Numbered from the stretch's first letter, positions 44,369 to 58,196 are shown. The stretch: DNA of 64,000 bases from the human T2T-CHM13v2.0 reference genome, Homo sapiens (GCF_009914755.1 NC_060944.1), one strand, 5' to 3'. The notes: a model not told the origin generated them from the letters alone. Numbers and translations: made by a program.

Positions 44369-45409
44369 CTCTTAGATAGTGAAACAGGGCTATAAAGTTA
44401 TTTTTATGGCCTTTTTCTTGAAATGTTGTTTAGTTATTCTGGTCTTTTCAGGCAAGTCGGTATTTGAGATGAAGCTTTAGAAAAAAGTTACACCTGGATC
44501 CCTCATTTATTGAATATTATACTGCATTCCTTGATATGGCCAGGAGTAGAATTCTTTAGTTTCTAAGGGGAGGGAGAAATGGTAACACTACCTGATTTTT
44601 TTCTTTTTTTTTTTTTTAGAGGGGCAAGGATTCTCTTGATACTTTGGCCTGAGTCAGGGCAAGGCAGGGAGGGACTTAGCTTTTAGCTATGTGCCATCAA
44701 TAGCTTGGAGTGTAAAAGGGATATGGGAGTAGGAGATGCAGAGGATTGTGGTTTAAAAAGGAAGATAACTCGAGGTCACACCTCACTTGTATTTCAGTAA
44801 GCTTTTACTGCACTTGATTAAACCAAGTTGCTGTGAGGAATGCAAATATGAGGTCAGGGTGCACGTATTCAGGCAGCTTAGAGTCCATTGAAGCTGGTAC
44901 ATAAGACTGAAAATTAACAAGGATTTGAATGAAGGTGCATTTACTGAACTTTATTTCTACTACACGCCAGCTATTGTGCGAGGGCCTGGGAAAACAGCTG
45001 TGAATAAAACAGGTTAAGTCCTTCCTCTTCTGGCATTCACAGCTGAGTGGCAGACAGGCCAGCTAATGGTTTAGGCTTTTAAATTGGTCGGTATTTCCTT
45101 AATTTGCAGGTATTTTTTCTGCTTTTTATGTATTTTGTAATTATGAAAAGTATGCATTCTTATTTTTTTAAATGTGGAAAATAATAGAAGAAAAGGAAAT
45201 TTAGTGTTAGTGCAGTGGTTTATTTTGCACTGTTACACTGTTACTTAAGAAAAGGTAGAACCTTATTAAAGGCATTTTCTATAACAAGCTCCGCCCATGG
45301 CCCAGGGAGCAGCTCTTAAAGTAGTTTAACAATTTGGTTAGAATAAAAGCAGAACAGCTGATGCTTTTTTATGTTTCTGACCTATTTTCATAACAAAAGT
45401 ACCCACTCT

Positions 45410-45772
<363 letters not shown>

Positions 45773-47218
45773 TTAGGATTGGGAGGAATAAGCCTCTGAG
45801 AGACAGACTGCCCTTTTTCCCAAGAATGGAATCTCTGCTCACTAGGGTAAGGGGTACACTAGGTGAGGTCCACATGCCAGTGCTCATGGCTGTTGAATGT
45901 CCTGGAAATATGGCAGCTAAATGGAATTATTAAATGCTCAGAAGTATTTAGCTATACCGTAATATCTTAATGACCTCCAGTAGGCTCTTGGAAACTACAA
46001 CTTTAAGCAAAACAACATACACCAGGTCCTCAAATAACGTCATTTCTTTCAATGTAGTTTTGTTATAACATTGAGAAAAAAAAATACTGGTTTTGGTATA
46101 TGTCATTTTGTTTTAAGTCACAGGCTCCAAGAACTGATTGACAATGTTAAGTGTGGACTTACTGTACTGCATCTTCTCTGTGATATTTTAGCAGTGTGGC
46201 ATGGAGGTGGGCCTATGGGTTGGCGTACAGAGGAAAGAAGGACCTCCGTGCAAGCAGTCTGAGTGGGAGGGTTTCTGTCCGTTACTAATCATCCTTATTC
46301 TTCAGTGTTGCTGCTGAAGGTGCTGTGACACATATGCTGTGCTTCTAACACGCTTCCCTTCAAGAGGGAGAACGTGCTCCAATGTTATAAATATAAAAAG
46401 ATAGTAATAATATTGACAGTTAAGACATAATTATTGGTGAGTTGCCATTTAGAAATCTTTAGAATCATGAGATTATACAAGTGGATTTAATATTTTTTTC
46501 CAGAGAATTATTGAAACGTGGATGCCCAGATCTGTAATTAAACATGTATTGTTATGTTAGACTAAGAAAACAAGTACCTGTGGGATCAAAACCTGCTATT
46601 GGAATAGATGAAGGGACTGGGGAAGTCTAAGAAAAGGACTTTTATTTGTAATTTATTCTTTTTTGTCCTTTTTTTTAAGTTTTTGATTTATTCTTTTTTA
46701 GAAAACAATCTGAAGCAAAGGTGCCAAAATATTAGCATTTAATTCTGGGTCACACGTACTTACGGATTATTCTCTGTACTTTTATGTATTTTAAAACTTT
46801 TTTCCAACTAGAAAAACTGTCAAAAACCTTGTGTAAATATTAGCCTGAATCCAATCCCTTATTAATAATAATGAAAAATATTCTGAAGAAAAAGAATTGG
46901 GTTATACAGTGAAGTACTCAGTGTTGGTTCTTTCATTATGGCGACTGTAATCTGATTTTTAATTGGTGATTGTCTTTTGCCACCAGTGGTTCTCTTCTTT
47001 TTTCCCACCCTGGTCAACCTGAGTGATTCTGCATATGCCTATCTGTAGCATTTCCTCTCTGAGCTGCTGGGGAGGTAGAAAAAATGTGCAGTTAAGAAAA
47101 AATATCTCAGGAGAGTCTGAGGATTCTCAGCAAATGTTTACACAAGCAAATGTTTAACAAGTTGCAAGTTATACTTTCTCTAAACCACTTTTTTCATTTT
47201 TGGCATCTTTCTATCTAG

Positions 47219-47295
47219 GGCACCAGAACTAGCACCTCTGAAAAGTAAAATGATCTATGCAAGCTCCAAGGATGCAATTAAAAAGAAATTTCAAG
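47219..47295 (+). CDS. DSTN: Destrin exon 3 ((W)[25 protein letters not shown](G))
   Basis: CTAG|G acceptor, AAG|GTATGT donor, 77 nt, phases match neighbours. Confidence 0.99.
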
Positions 47296-48391
47296 GTATG
47301 TTCTAGATGACCTCTGAATATGTAGAGGTATGGTGAACACTCAGAATGGGGCAGCACCTTTTCTGAGAAGCACCTTATTTTTTTGCAGAGCTTCGGGCAC
47401 AAGGGAGAAGTGTTACTTGTTTTGAGAAAAGCAGAAGACTGAATTTGACTTTCCATGTATCTTCTGCTTTGTGCTGGTTGCTCTGGGTCTGCCCAGCCTG
47501 TGTTTAATAACTATACCCTTGACATTGTCTATATATATCGTTTATTCAGGCTGGTTTTAAACTAGTTTGAAGTGCTACCAGTTTTCTCATGTAGGAGGTG
47601 GAGACTGATTGTTTAACATTGGACATAATAGTAAATTTGCTCTTGCCTTTGAATGTAGTTGTTATAATAAAGTTGCAAAAAGGAAATGTACCTAAATGAG
47701 AAAGGATGCTCTTTTCTCCAGCTTTACTGTTGAATGGCATGATTTTAGGTAATTAATTCATCTGTGTCCCAAGGAAAGTGCACCCACTCCTGAGCTGGTC
47801 AGTTGTATTTGACTTGCCACTGGGTGATTGGGATCCTGATGAGATGGCCTGGCCAGACTTCAGCCAGGAGAAAATGTTGGTATGATGGAAAGAACGTGCA
47901 TGGGGCAAGTGCCCAAAGGCCTGCACTGAGGGCGAAGCCTGTCTAACTGCTGTGTGGCCTTGGCCAGAACTGCTTAACCTCCATGGGCCTTGATTCTCTC
48001 AGCTGTAGAAGGGGAGACTTGGTCTCATGTGTGAGTTTTAGTTTAAGAGTTTGCCCTGCCACCTTCCTGCCATGGCTGTTTCCAAACAGCTGAGTGAGCC
48101 AAGGTCACAAGGGCTTGGCCTGATGTTGATTTTGTTTTGTTTGTTTTACTGTCACTGGTTTTTATATTTTCATGGTAGAACAGGTTTGCCCTAGCCTGTT
48201 TTACTTAGTTCGGAAAAAAAAATTCTTGCTTCCTTTCCCGAGCCTTGCTGCTGCATAGTTTATTGCTGGGTCAGGTTCTTCGTGCATTTGGTTTGATGTT
48301 TGGCACCCCCCAGAAGTGTGTCACTGGGTTGCTAACTGACACTTTTAAATCCTTTAGCTTCAACACTTTCCCAGCCCAACCAAAAGGTTCA

Positions 48392-48810
<419 letters not shown>

Positions 48811-49700
48811 CTAATGAAAGCATCCACTGTCTTTCTCAGATCAGTCCTGAGTAGTTCAAAAGCTGACCTGCTGTGCTTTCAGCAGCTTGAGAAATAATGG
48901 TCTTTAAATGATGGGAATAACCATGCAGCTATTTAAAAGACAGTGGCCATTTACAGAGAAGCTACTGTATGTAATCCATAATTGAGCTCGTTTTTGCATT
49001 GTGGTAGTGTAATTGTTCTAAGAAAGCAATCAGTAACATATTTCACATAGTTTTCATTGTGATCGATTTCATAAATGTGTAGTGTAATACCATTGAAGAG
49101 CCAGCTGTTTACTTTTCAATACAGTTGACAAAATCAACTGTGCAATCAAAAATCATTTGTATTTTTATGTTTTAAAAACCAAGAAAATTTTCTTACTAGA
49201 CCTGCCTTTTAGCTTTTTAGCAAAGTACAACATATCTTTAGAAAAGTGTATGTCACAAATTATTGTAGAATGTGTTGAATTTTTCAGAGTGAACATAATG
49301 GTTATTTCTTAATCTAATGACCAGCACCCCAGAAGCCTCCCTGGTGCTGTTCCCTTCAATTCATAGCACTTCTGCCTGCCCCTTCCTCCTCAAAGTAGCC
49401 AGCACCCTGGCTTCTAACAGCGTAAGTTAGCGTGGGCTGATTTTGTATGCTATACCTATATATATAATAGAATATATGCATTTTAAATCTGGATTCTTTC
49501 AGTGAATGCTGTTTGTGAGGCCCATCTATCTTGATGCATGTAGTTACAATTATTTTTTCTCGTTACTGTGTAGTATTCCGTGTTTGTATATACCCCAGTT
49601 TATCCAGATTAGAACTGGTCTTTTAAAAGTTTGGTTATCTTAGAGAAAGAGGTAAACTGCTGCCATAATTGTAAATAGAAGTGTTGTTTTTTCTCTCTAG

Positions 49701-49810
49701 GCATAAAACATGAATGTCAAGCAAATGGACCAGAAGATCTCAATCGGGCTTGTATTGCTGAAAAGTTAGGTGGATCCTTAATTGTAGCCTTTGAAGGATG
49801 CCCTGTGTAG
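49701..49810 (+). CDS. DSTN: Destrin exon 4 coding part ((G)IKHECQANGPEDLNRACIAEKLGGSLIVAFEGCPV*)
   Basis: CTCTAG|GC acceptor; TAG at 49808-49810; total CDS 3+308+77+110 = 498 nt. Confidence 0.99.
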
Positions 49811-50645
49811 ATTATTCAGTGCCACAAATTGAAAGCTTCCATGTTTAATGTTATCCTCTTGCTATATAAATAAAGCAAATATATTTAGGCCAGGGTCTCA
49901 CTGAGGGGGAGCTGTCTTGTCATCTTTTAGAGTAAACTATTCTATAAACATATGCAAACAGCCCTAAATAAATCTAAAGTCTAAAGTTTTATTGATGTGA
50001 AATTAAATTCTTATTGGCCAAATGCCTGTTTTGATGAGTTGATTTATAAAGATTTTTGTTAAGCTCAGGATTTTAAATTACACAGTTCACAAACAGTAAA
50101 GGCCATGTGAAGAGAATTATTACATCTTTATTAACCTCAGCATTTACTTTGTTTCTTTTGCTTAGGAAATTGCTCATAATCTGGTTATAATTTTGGTCCA
50201 AATTCTTTATTCTTCCTTGAGCTAAGCAGAATAATGGAATATAATATGTCTTCATAATATAACAACACTAATACACTAATAGTAAGATTAAGTTAGGCAG
50301 TCTTCTACCAAATGTGTAATGGAGATTGCCTCAAAATTGTGTCCACATAATCCACGCTCATCTTGCAAAGCGCTATTTCAGGCACATCATTGGAATACAG
50401 GAAGTAGCCCTGCACCTGCCAGTGAGCTCGCCATTCACTGATTGGAAGAGTGACCTGGCATCTTGGAAATCATTGTGTGTCTTCAGGAGAATGTGCAGTG
50501 TCTTGTAACAACTAATTATAATGCAAATTAGGGCTACATTGTAATCTGCTTTGTTAATGAAAATGATAAAACAGAATATTGACAAGCTAGGACACCTGTG
50601 GTATCTTTAATTGTATCTCCTTCAGAAGTTTGCTTCTTATGGTAT

Positions 50646-50651
50646 AATAAA
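50646..50651 (+). terminator. DSTN: Candidate main DSTN polyadenylation signal AATAAA
   Basis: TGGTAT-AATAAA-GTATGG followed by T/GT-rich sequence; one of several AATAAA in the 3' region. Confidence 0.6.
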
Positions 50652-51011
50652 GTATGGAAGAATATTGAGTATATGTTTACTCTGGGCCTGGGAGAACTTA
50701 ACTTTCTAGAGCAGTTTGTTGACTTGTGTGCAATGGGGAGAGGTACCATGATGACACTCACAGGGAGCCACTGTTCACTGACACTTGGAAGCGGTCATTG
50801 TTAATATCACGGGCGTAACACTTTGAACGATATAGAGATGCACAAACAGTTGAACTTAGAAGTAGCAGTATTGGCTTTATGTAATAAAGGAAGCATTTTT
50901 GACTTACCTCTCGTGTAATTTTCATGTGTGAATTGGGAATACAGGATTTTGCCTTCCATATGGGGTAAGGCATTGAGGTTTGGGTATTTCCAATAATTAA
51001 GAGTTAAGGTT

Positions 51012-51298
51012 GGCTGAGTGTGGTGGCTCACTCCTGTAATCCCAGCATTTTGGGAGGCCGAGGCAAGAGGATAGTTTGAGGCCAGGAGTTTGACAATCAG
51101 CGTGGGCAACATAGTGGGATCTCATCTACTAAAAATAAACAAAATTAGCCGGGTGTGGTGGTGCACGTCAGTAGTCCCAGCTACTTTGGATGCTGAGGTG
51201 GGAGGATCACTTGAGCCCAGGAGGTGAGCTGAGATCGTGCCACTGTACTCCAGCCTGGATGACAGAGCAAGACCTTGTCTCAAAAAAAAAAAAAAAAA
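51012..51298 (+). mobile_element. Alu (AluJ-type)
   Basis: Dimeric Alu with A tail. Confidence 0.9.
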
Positions 51299-51487
51299 GT
51301 CACAACTCCCTCTGGTGAATAAGAAAGTTGGTGTAAAAGTTGGGAACGTTTTCAATGTTTATTACACTATAAGTGTAATAAATATTATACAAAATTATAA
51401 ATTCACATTTAAAATTTAGAAAATAGAGAAAAGGGAAATTATACATTGTCCTACCACATGCCATCACATGGTTAGCATTTTGATACA

Positions 51488-51715
51488 CAGCTGTGCATTA
51501 TTACATGTCAAAGACTGCATATACTATGGTGGTCCCATACAATTATAATGTATTTTCTACTGTAATTAGATACACAAATACCATTGTGTTACAGTTGCCG
51601 ACAGTATTCAGTATAGTAACGTGCTGTCCAGGTTTGTGGTCTAGGAGTAATAGGCTCTACCATACAGCCTAGGTGTGTAGTAGGCTATGCCACTAGGTTT
51701 AAGTGCAGTCTAGGG
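51488..51715. mobile_element. Tigger3/Golem-type DNA transposon fragment
   Basis: GGTGGTCCCATA...CAAATACCATTGTGTTACAGTTGCC...GCCTAGGTGTGTAGTAGGCTAT. Confidence 0.75.
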
Positions 51716-51881
51716 TGGGGAACATTTTAATGTTGATCCACATGCCAGGTGTTTGTGAGACAAGATTATGCTTTAATCAAAATATTTTGGAATTGTCTAG
51801 AAAATAGTGCTGGCTGCTTGTCATTCATCCTGAATTGCTTGTTTCTTTACTTTGTAGCAATGCTTTTAGTGTGGGTTTTGT

Positions 51882-52032
51882 TTTTTGAGACAGGGTCTCA
51901 CTCTTTCCCCCAGGCTAGAGTGCAGTGGTGCAATCATAACTCACTGCATCCTTGAACTCTTGGGCTCCAGCAAGCCTCCTGCCTTGGCCTCCTAAAGTGC
52001 TGTGATTACAGGTGTGAGCCACTGTGTCCTGC
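51882..52032 (-). mobile_element. Alu monomer / deleted Alu
   Basis: Reverse Alu fragment. Confidence 0.8.
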
Positions 52033-52558
52033 TAGTGATTGTGATTAACAGGCCTCCAGGGAAGTGCCATAAGCCCAAGACTGCCGTACTCAAAAGTCAG
52101 CCATGTAGGTAAAGCAAGATATTTGGTCAAGGAGTTTTAGAAGGAGATTTTTCCTGTGGTGTTGGCTTAAGTGTGGCACTGTTGTGCGTGTGTGAGGTGT
52201 CTTCTGTGGGAAGGATTTCAAACAGTACAAAGGGATGTGATGTAAGCATCCAGAACTCACTCCAGAAATTGAATAAAATGCTAGTAGTTAGTCTCTAGGG
52301 GAACTTTTGAGAAAGTCTCAGTGGATTCCTGAGGCCCAAGAATTGTGCTAACAAGCACTCAAGGCGATTCTGGTACATAATTAGGGTTCAGACCTCAGCT
52401 GATTGGTCTACTGTTGGTCAGGAACAAAACTGCAAGTATACTCTGTTTCCAGAAAATACGTTTACCTCTTCACAAATGCTAACACACTGCAAAAATATGT
52501 TTGTGGAAAGCTGACTTAGTCTCATCTAGCGGTTACTCTCTTGCCCTGACAAAGCAGC

Positions 52559-52564
52559 AAATAA
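52559..52564 (+). terminator. DSTN: Candidate distal DSTN polyadenylation signal AATAAA
   Basis: GCAGCA-AATAAA-GCCATTG. Confidence 0.45.
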
Positions 52565-55500
52565 AGCCATTGCTAACAATTCAATCAGAGCTTGACTGTG
52601 AAGTTATCTCAGATAATATTACTCTGCAAAAACAGTGGACACAGTGACTTGGATAATAGGTTTGGTTTGGTGGTTTCCTTTCTGCAGAGTACCGGCTGCC
52701 GCAGGCACAGCAAGTGCAACTTGTTTCTTGACTATAATTGCCCTTCGGACCACCAGAGACTGAATATGCCCAACACGCATCACTTCTTCGTGATTTGGGG
52801 CATTTCTGAAATTGAGAACGGGCTCTAGACTGGGTTCCAGCTGGACTGCAGCTGGAAGGGACAGTAATGGCATTATGGCTGGTGAGGGGAGTATTCCAGG
52901 AGCCAGGGTTTCAGTGGAAGGCAGGCTTGAGTACCGTTTTGTTACTGAGGGCTCTCTGGGTTCTGCACAGTCCCAAAAGGGCACTGGGGAAGGGACTTAT
53001 GGAGCCTCTGGCCAGTACCCTCAGTAACCAGCCCAGAGGTGAATTAACTTGCCTAAGGTTAATCGACTCACAAGTGGCAGAACTGGGACAAAAACTCAGA
53101 TCTCTTGGTTTCTGTTCCTGAGCTATTTCCACCACCTCAGGAGAATTCACTTCATTCCTCTTATTATAATTGGATCATCTTTCCACATTTCTAACATCTG
53201 AAATTCAAAGGTTAGACCTTGTTCAGTGCTAGGGGTGAGATTTGAAAGGGCCAAGAAGGAAAGCATTTCTTTTGCACTCTGAGCTCTCATCAGACCCAGC
53301 CCTGAAGGAAGTGTAGTGATGGCATCTGTGGAGGGCGTGGAGTGGCTTCTAGAACAAAACCTCGCTTTCCCCGCACCTGTCCCTCAGGCCTCGCTGGCTT
53401 CCTGCCTTCACTGCACCGCTTCCGTAGGTGTGGCCTGCAGGCGCAGCATCGTGGTGCCTGTGTGTTCCAGAATATCACATGGAGACACCTGAGGAAGCTG
53501 GTCAGGGCGCAGCTGTCTGTGAGGGGCTTCAGGTCTTGTTGTGCTGTCTATGGGCCATGTTAACCTGGAACTTCACATCTACTCTGTGGGCTCTGATCCA
53601 TCTTCACCCAGCGGCCCAAACCCAGGGTCTGGCTTTGTGAAGCTGGGCCAGGGAGGAGCAGTGGTTCCTCTGTCGGGCAGCAGCTGGGTGAGTCCTGCCT
53701 CCACGGTGAACTTCATTCCAAGAACAGCACAAGCCAGTCCTCTGGTGCTGCCTGAGCTCGGCTACAGCTGCAGGACAGGGCTGCGAATGGCCAGGCCAGT
53801 GACCTGTGCCACGCTGGGGAATGCTGTGGGGCTGGGGGGGTGCTGCTAGCCCCTTCCGCAGGAAGTTTGCGAGGGCTGCGCCTCAGCTGGCTTCCCTGGA
53901 GCCTGACATGGAACCTGGCCTGGGACAGTTGAGGAGGCCCGGCCCGCCTGAGGCAGGGCCCAGCCGGTGGCCTGGCAGACTCAGGCTCCCTCTGCCCACC
54001 TGGGAGGTACCACTGCCGGGCCTGAGGACTGCTCTGGCCCTGCTGGGGCAGGCGGGGACAACAGATGATGGGCCCTTAGAACTGGAGCTGCAGGAGAAAA
54101 GCTCCCAAGTGGCATTTTCCTGAACTCCCAGGCCAGCCGCACAGGAGTCCTACACCCTGTGCTACCTGCCTTCGGCTTCCTCCCTTCTGCATGCACAGAC
54201 CTGGGGCTCCCAGCAGGTGGCCTGAAGGAGCAGGCTTTTAGCCAGAGTCCAGGAGGAGGCCACTGCCCCTCACAACCCAGAGGCGGCAGCGTGGCACCCC
54301 AGCATCCCTTGTCTCTTTCCCCAAGGTCTCCCCTTTCCGCTGCTCAAAATGGGTACCCCTGCCCCATTCCTGTGCCTTCAGAGGGGATCAGCCCAGCATG
54401 GAGCGCTCAGTCTCGCAGTGTGGCAGGTCGAGGGGGCGATTCGGTGGCAGCCCTGGCACAGGTCTGTCCGTTCCCCACACTCACCGGGGCCCACACCACT
54501 GACCTGACCTACAGCCACCCACGTGCAGAGTTCTGCCTCCTGCAGGCGGCCTCCCTCACCCAGAACCTGTGCTCCCACTCAGCCCCCTGTACCAGATGCA
54601 TGGGGCGCGGATGCAGGGGGCCCAGTGGCTGTTGCGGGGCGCTCAGCCCAGGGTGTTCTTCCCCAGGCTCCCCACATTGCAGAGCCCAGCCCTGCCCCAC
54701 AAGCACTGACCTCCCAGGCTGCGGGGCCTAGCCACGTGTCAGAGAGATGGGTTTGAACCTGCCCAGCCTTTAGCCCGGGGAGGTACCTTCACTTCCATGG
54801 GGCAGGATGCACCTCACCGGGAGGACCGAGGGCTCGCTGAGCGCCAGGCACAGGGCGGGAAACGGGCAGCCATCAGGTGTCCTTGTGGGCACTTCCTGCT
54901 ACTCAGTCTCCCAGCCAGAAGCCAGGATGTCAATGTCCCAAGACCGTGGGATCCCTTTCTGCTTCAGCCTCCTCTAGAGAATTCTAAAACAGGCAGGCTT
55001 GGCTCTCCCTGCTCAGAAACCTCAGTGGCTGTACTGCCTCCCCAGTCCAGGGCCCCCCAGTCTTGGTAACCTGGCTCCACAACAGGCCGTGCCTCACCCC
55101 GCCCTCCACGCCTCTACGCTGCTGCTGCCTGAGTGCCAGCCTCCCTCACCTCACACACATCTGCTCTTCCTGGGAGCTCAGCTTAAGCCCACTTCTCCAG
55201 GGGCCTTCCTAGGACTCCCAGCACCCAGAACAGCCATGACGCACAGTGCCACATACCATAGCTGGGTGGCCCACAGGCACTTCCTGAGAACTGACATAAG
55301 GTCTGGGCCGAGCAGTTTGAGGCTAAGCAGTTCAAGGCTGCAGGCAGAGGCCGTGTGGGGGGCTGAGGAAGGGAGGCACACAGACGCACACCGCGGGGCT
55401 TCCCTTGGTCTTGAGGTTGTGAAAACCATCCGAGTCACTGCCACCACCTGAAGGGGCCATGCACGACAGAGATCCCAGAGCAGGCCACCTGCCAAGCTCA

Positions 55501-56365
55501 TAGGCCTGTGGAGACCCCGGTTCTTGCTGCCACTGTCCCTGACAGAACCCTTCTCACAATGTCGTCCTGGAGGACCTGCCATCCAAGAGCCCAGTTGTCC
55601 CCCAGCCAAGTTCGGCCAAGCAGACCCTCTCCCAAGATTCCGAGGCTTGGCAGGGAGATTAAAGTGAACAGTCCTTGGTCAAGGCAGACCCGCCTTCCAT
55701 TCCGGGCTTGGTTGGGGCCCTACTGTGACTCTGAGCCTCTGAACGTCTTTGTGGACTAAGCTCCAGGTTCCTATTGTTTACACTCAAAGGGACACACTTC
55801 TTGGGGCCAAAGACCATGCTGTCAGGGGCCGCTGAGGACACTGGGTCTGAGGGTCGTGGCAAACCTAAGCTGGTTTCTGCAGGTGAAACTCCACCTCCCG
55901 AGGGCAGGCAGTGGGCTGCTCCAGCCCTGGCCCACCCTCCTGGGGTGTGGGTGTCTAAGCCCCAGCCAGGACAGAGACCCCTTGTTCATTCCCGGACCTC
56001 CATCACACAACAGCCCGGGCCACCAGCCGCGCTCACAAACCTCAGCCCCTCCAGGATGCGGGGCAGCAGTAAATGTATCTGGCTCTCAGGTGTCGCAGGC
56101 CCTGCTCCCTTATCCTGCCCGGAGGGCACTGAGGTCTGGGAGGTGACAAGGAAAACTGCTGGGGGCCCCGGAAGCAGCGAGTCTCAGCCCCACCCCACGC
56201 TACGCGGAGCTGCAGAGCCTCTGCCTTCAAAGCAGCTGAGGCCCACGCTTACTCTCTTCCCGAGTGCGCCCCCACCCCTTGGTTCTTCATCTTGGGCCCA
56301 ACAGCGGGTGGGGGAGCCCCAGCAGAAGACCAGACGAGACCGCAGCACCGGGCACCAACGTTGGT

Positions 56366-56371
56366 TTTAAT
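56366..56371 (-). terminator. RRBP1: RRBP1 distal polyadenylation signal ATTAAA
   Basis: Minus strand GATGCC-ATTAAA-ACCAACG followed by GT-rich sequence, ~480 nt after the stop. Confidence 0.7.
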
Positions 56372-56848
56372 GGCATCAACACCCAGGAGGTCACACGTCA
56401 GTTCTGGTTGGCAACGTCTAGGGGTGAGGGGCTGTGGCCTCCAGTCGGCCCCACAGCCTTTGAGAACTGGCTGCCCGGTCCCACCCGCTTCCCGCCCCGC
56501 CCCACTGAAAAAACACTAAACGATTGCACTGACAGACAGACCCCAGAGCGCCCGGCCTCCCACACACCCACGGGGCTGTCAGAGTCAACCAGGGCTTTGG
56601 CGTCACTCGGCGGTGGCCCGGGGCTGCGCCCAGGATAGTGTTTATCAAATGTGACACAGGTTCATTTACAAACTGGGGCTCTGGAAGGTCTACTTCTGTG
56701 GCTCTAAGAGACTTGTCTCTCATGGCTTCTCTCGGAGTACCGGAAGTTGGGCCTGGATAACGCTGTGTAGGTTGGTTGGTTTATTTGTAAGGAATGTGTA
56801 AGGCATTTTGGTAAGTTGAACAGTAACTTCTTTTTCCAAAGAGGAAAC

Positions 56849-56887
56849 TCAGACAGAGGTGCCCTCCTTTGAGCTGCTGCCGTCCTC
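56849..56887 (-). CDS. RRBP1: RRBP1 terminal exon coding part (EDGSSSKEGTSV*)
   Basis: CACAG|GAG acceptor; TGA at 56851-56849; matches p180 C-terminus. Confidence 0.97.
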   Translation of the reverse strand, partial: EDGSSSKEGTSV

Positions 56888-57403
56888 CTGTGAACGAAGG
56901 CAGGTGGCGTGAGGGGGGCTGGGCCACGAGCCATGGCAGAACCACCTGCCCTCTACCCTGGGCCTTTAGTCCCTCCCTGGATTGACCCCCTCAAGCCACT
57001 CCAGTCCCTCAGAGAACAGGAGCCACAGACCCCTGGGGCTGGGGGACAGGGAGGACTTGGTGGGAGCTGAGGGGAAACCATCATCCTGCAGGGCAGGGGC
57101 TGGAGCACTGGCTAAGGGGCCCACACAGGTGCAAAGTGAGGACCTGGGCCAGCAGGGGGATCAGACACTCGCTTCCCAGCAAGGGAACCCCAGAAGGGTG
57201 GGTGGTGGGCCGGGTGGGCTGAAGCCCTCGTTAGGAAGTCTCTGTCCCCACTACCTCCGCCCAGCTCTGCCTCCCCTGGGGCTCCCAGCCCAGCGCTCCC
57301 AGCAGCTTGACGACTCCGCCCAGCTCTGCCTCTCCCGGTCCTGCCTCCCCAGGGCTCCCGGCAGCTCGACTCCTCCCGCCCTGCTTTGGCGCCAGGCACG
57401 CAC

Positions 57404-57547
57404 TGCCTTTTCCAGCTGTTCCTGCAGCTTCTTCACCGTGTCCTTCTCCCTTGCCAGCTGCTCCTGGGTCGTCTTCAGAAGCTCCTGCAGTCTCGTGGCG
57501 GCGCGCCCCAGGTCACTTGTTAACTTCTTCTCTTTTTCTAGTCTCTC
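57404..57547 (-). CDS. RRBP1: RRBP1 exon (ERLEKEKK...LQEQLEKA)
   Basis: ATCAG|GAG acceptor; GCA|GTGCGT donor; 144 nt. Confidence 0.97.
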
Positions 57548-58097
57548 CTGATGGTCAGAAGGTTGACGGGCATCAGCCCTTGCACCGGCAGGAGGGCCAC
57601 CCCAGCTATGCCCACAGGACCCTGACGCCAGGGGCTGGAGCCCTCTGGGGACACAAGGAAGGCAACTCCTGGTCACCCGGAGATAGGTGGTGACGACAGG
57701 GAGGAAACCGCCCATGCTGACCGTGAGGGCTGGGTCCTGTGCTCTCAGCACCACCAGAACTTCCTGGGGCAGGAGCAGTTTACTCCGCACTGTCCAAGGC
57801 AGCACAGGAGACACACCTGACTACTGAGCGCTGGACGTGTGGCTGAGGAACGCACTTCACGTTCTACATGCTTCACATTTCGACAGCCACCAGGACTAAT
57901 GGCTGCCATGTGACCATGTGACACTGCAGGGCTAGGAGTCCCCACCCCAGCCCCGGGTAGTGACAAGGGGAACCAGTGCCAAGGGCAGGTCCCGGTGGGG
58001 TCGGCTCTCCCCTTCCTGGCCCCTTTCCGAGGCCAAGAGTGGCGCCAGCCCCAGAGCAGACCCTCCAGGTGTGACCCCCGCCCCAGCCCCTGCCTGC

Positions 58098-58196
58098 CTT
58101 CAGCTGTGAGGCCTCCTCTGTTTCTGAAGACTCTAGGGGGCCGGCTGTGCGGAGCTTCTCCAATTCTTCTTGTAACCGACATGCCGAGGTCTGAGC
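58098..58196 (-). CDS. RRBP1: RRBP1 exon (AQTSACRLQEE...ASQLK)
   Basis: GCAAG|GCT acceptor; AAG|GCAGGC non-canonical GC donor; 99 nt. Confidence 0.92.
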
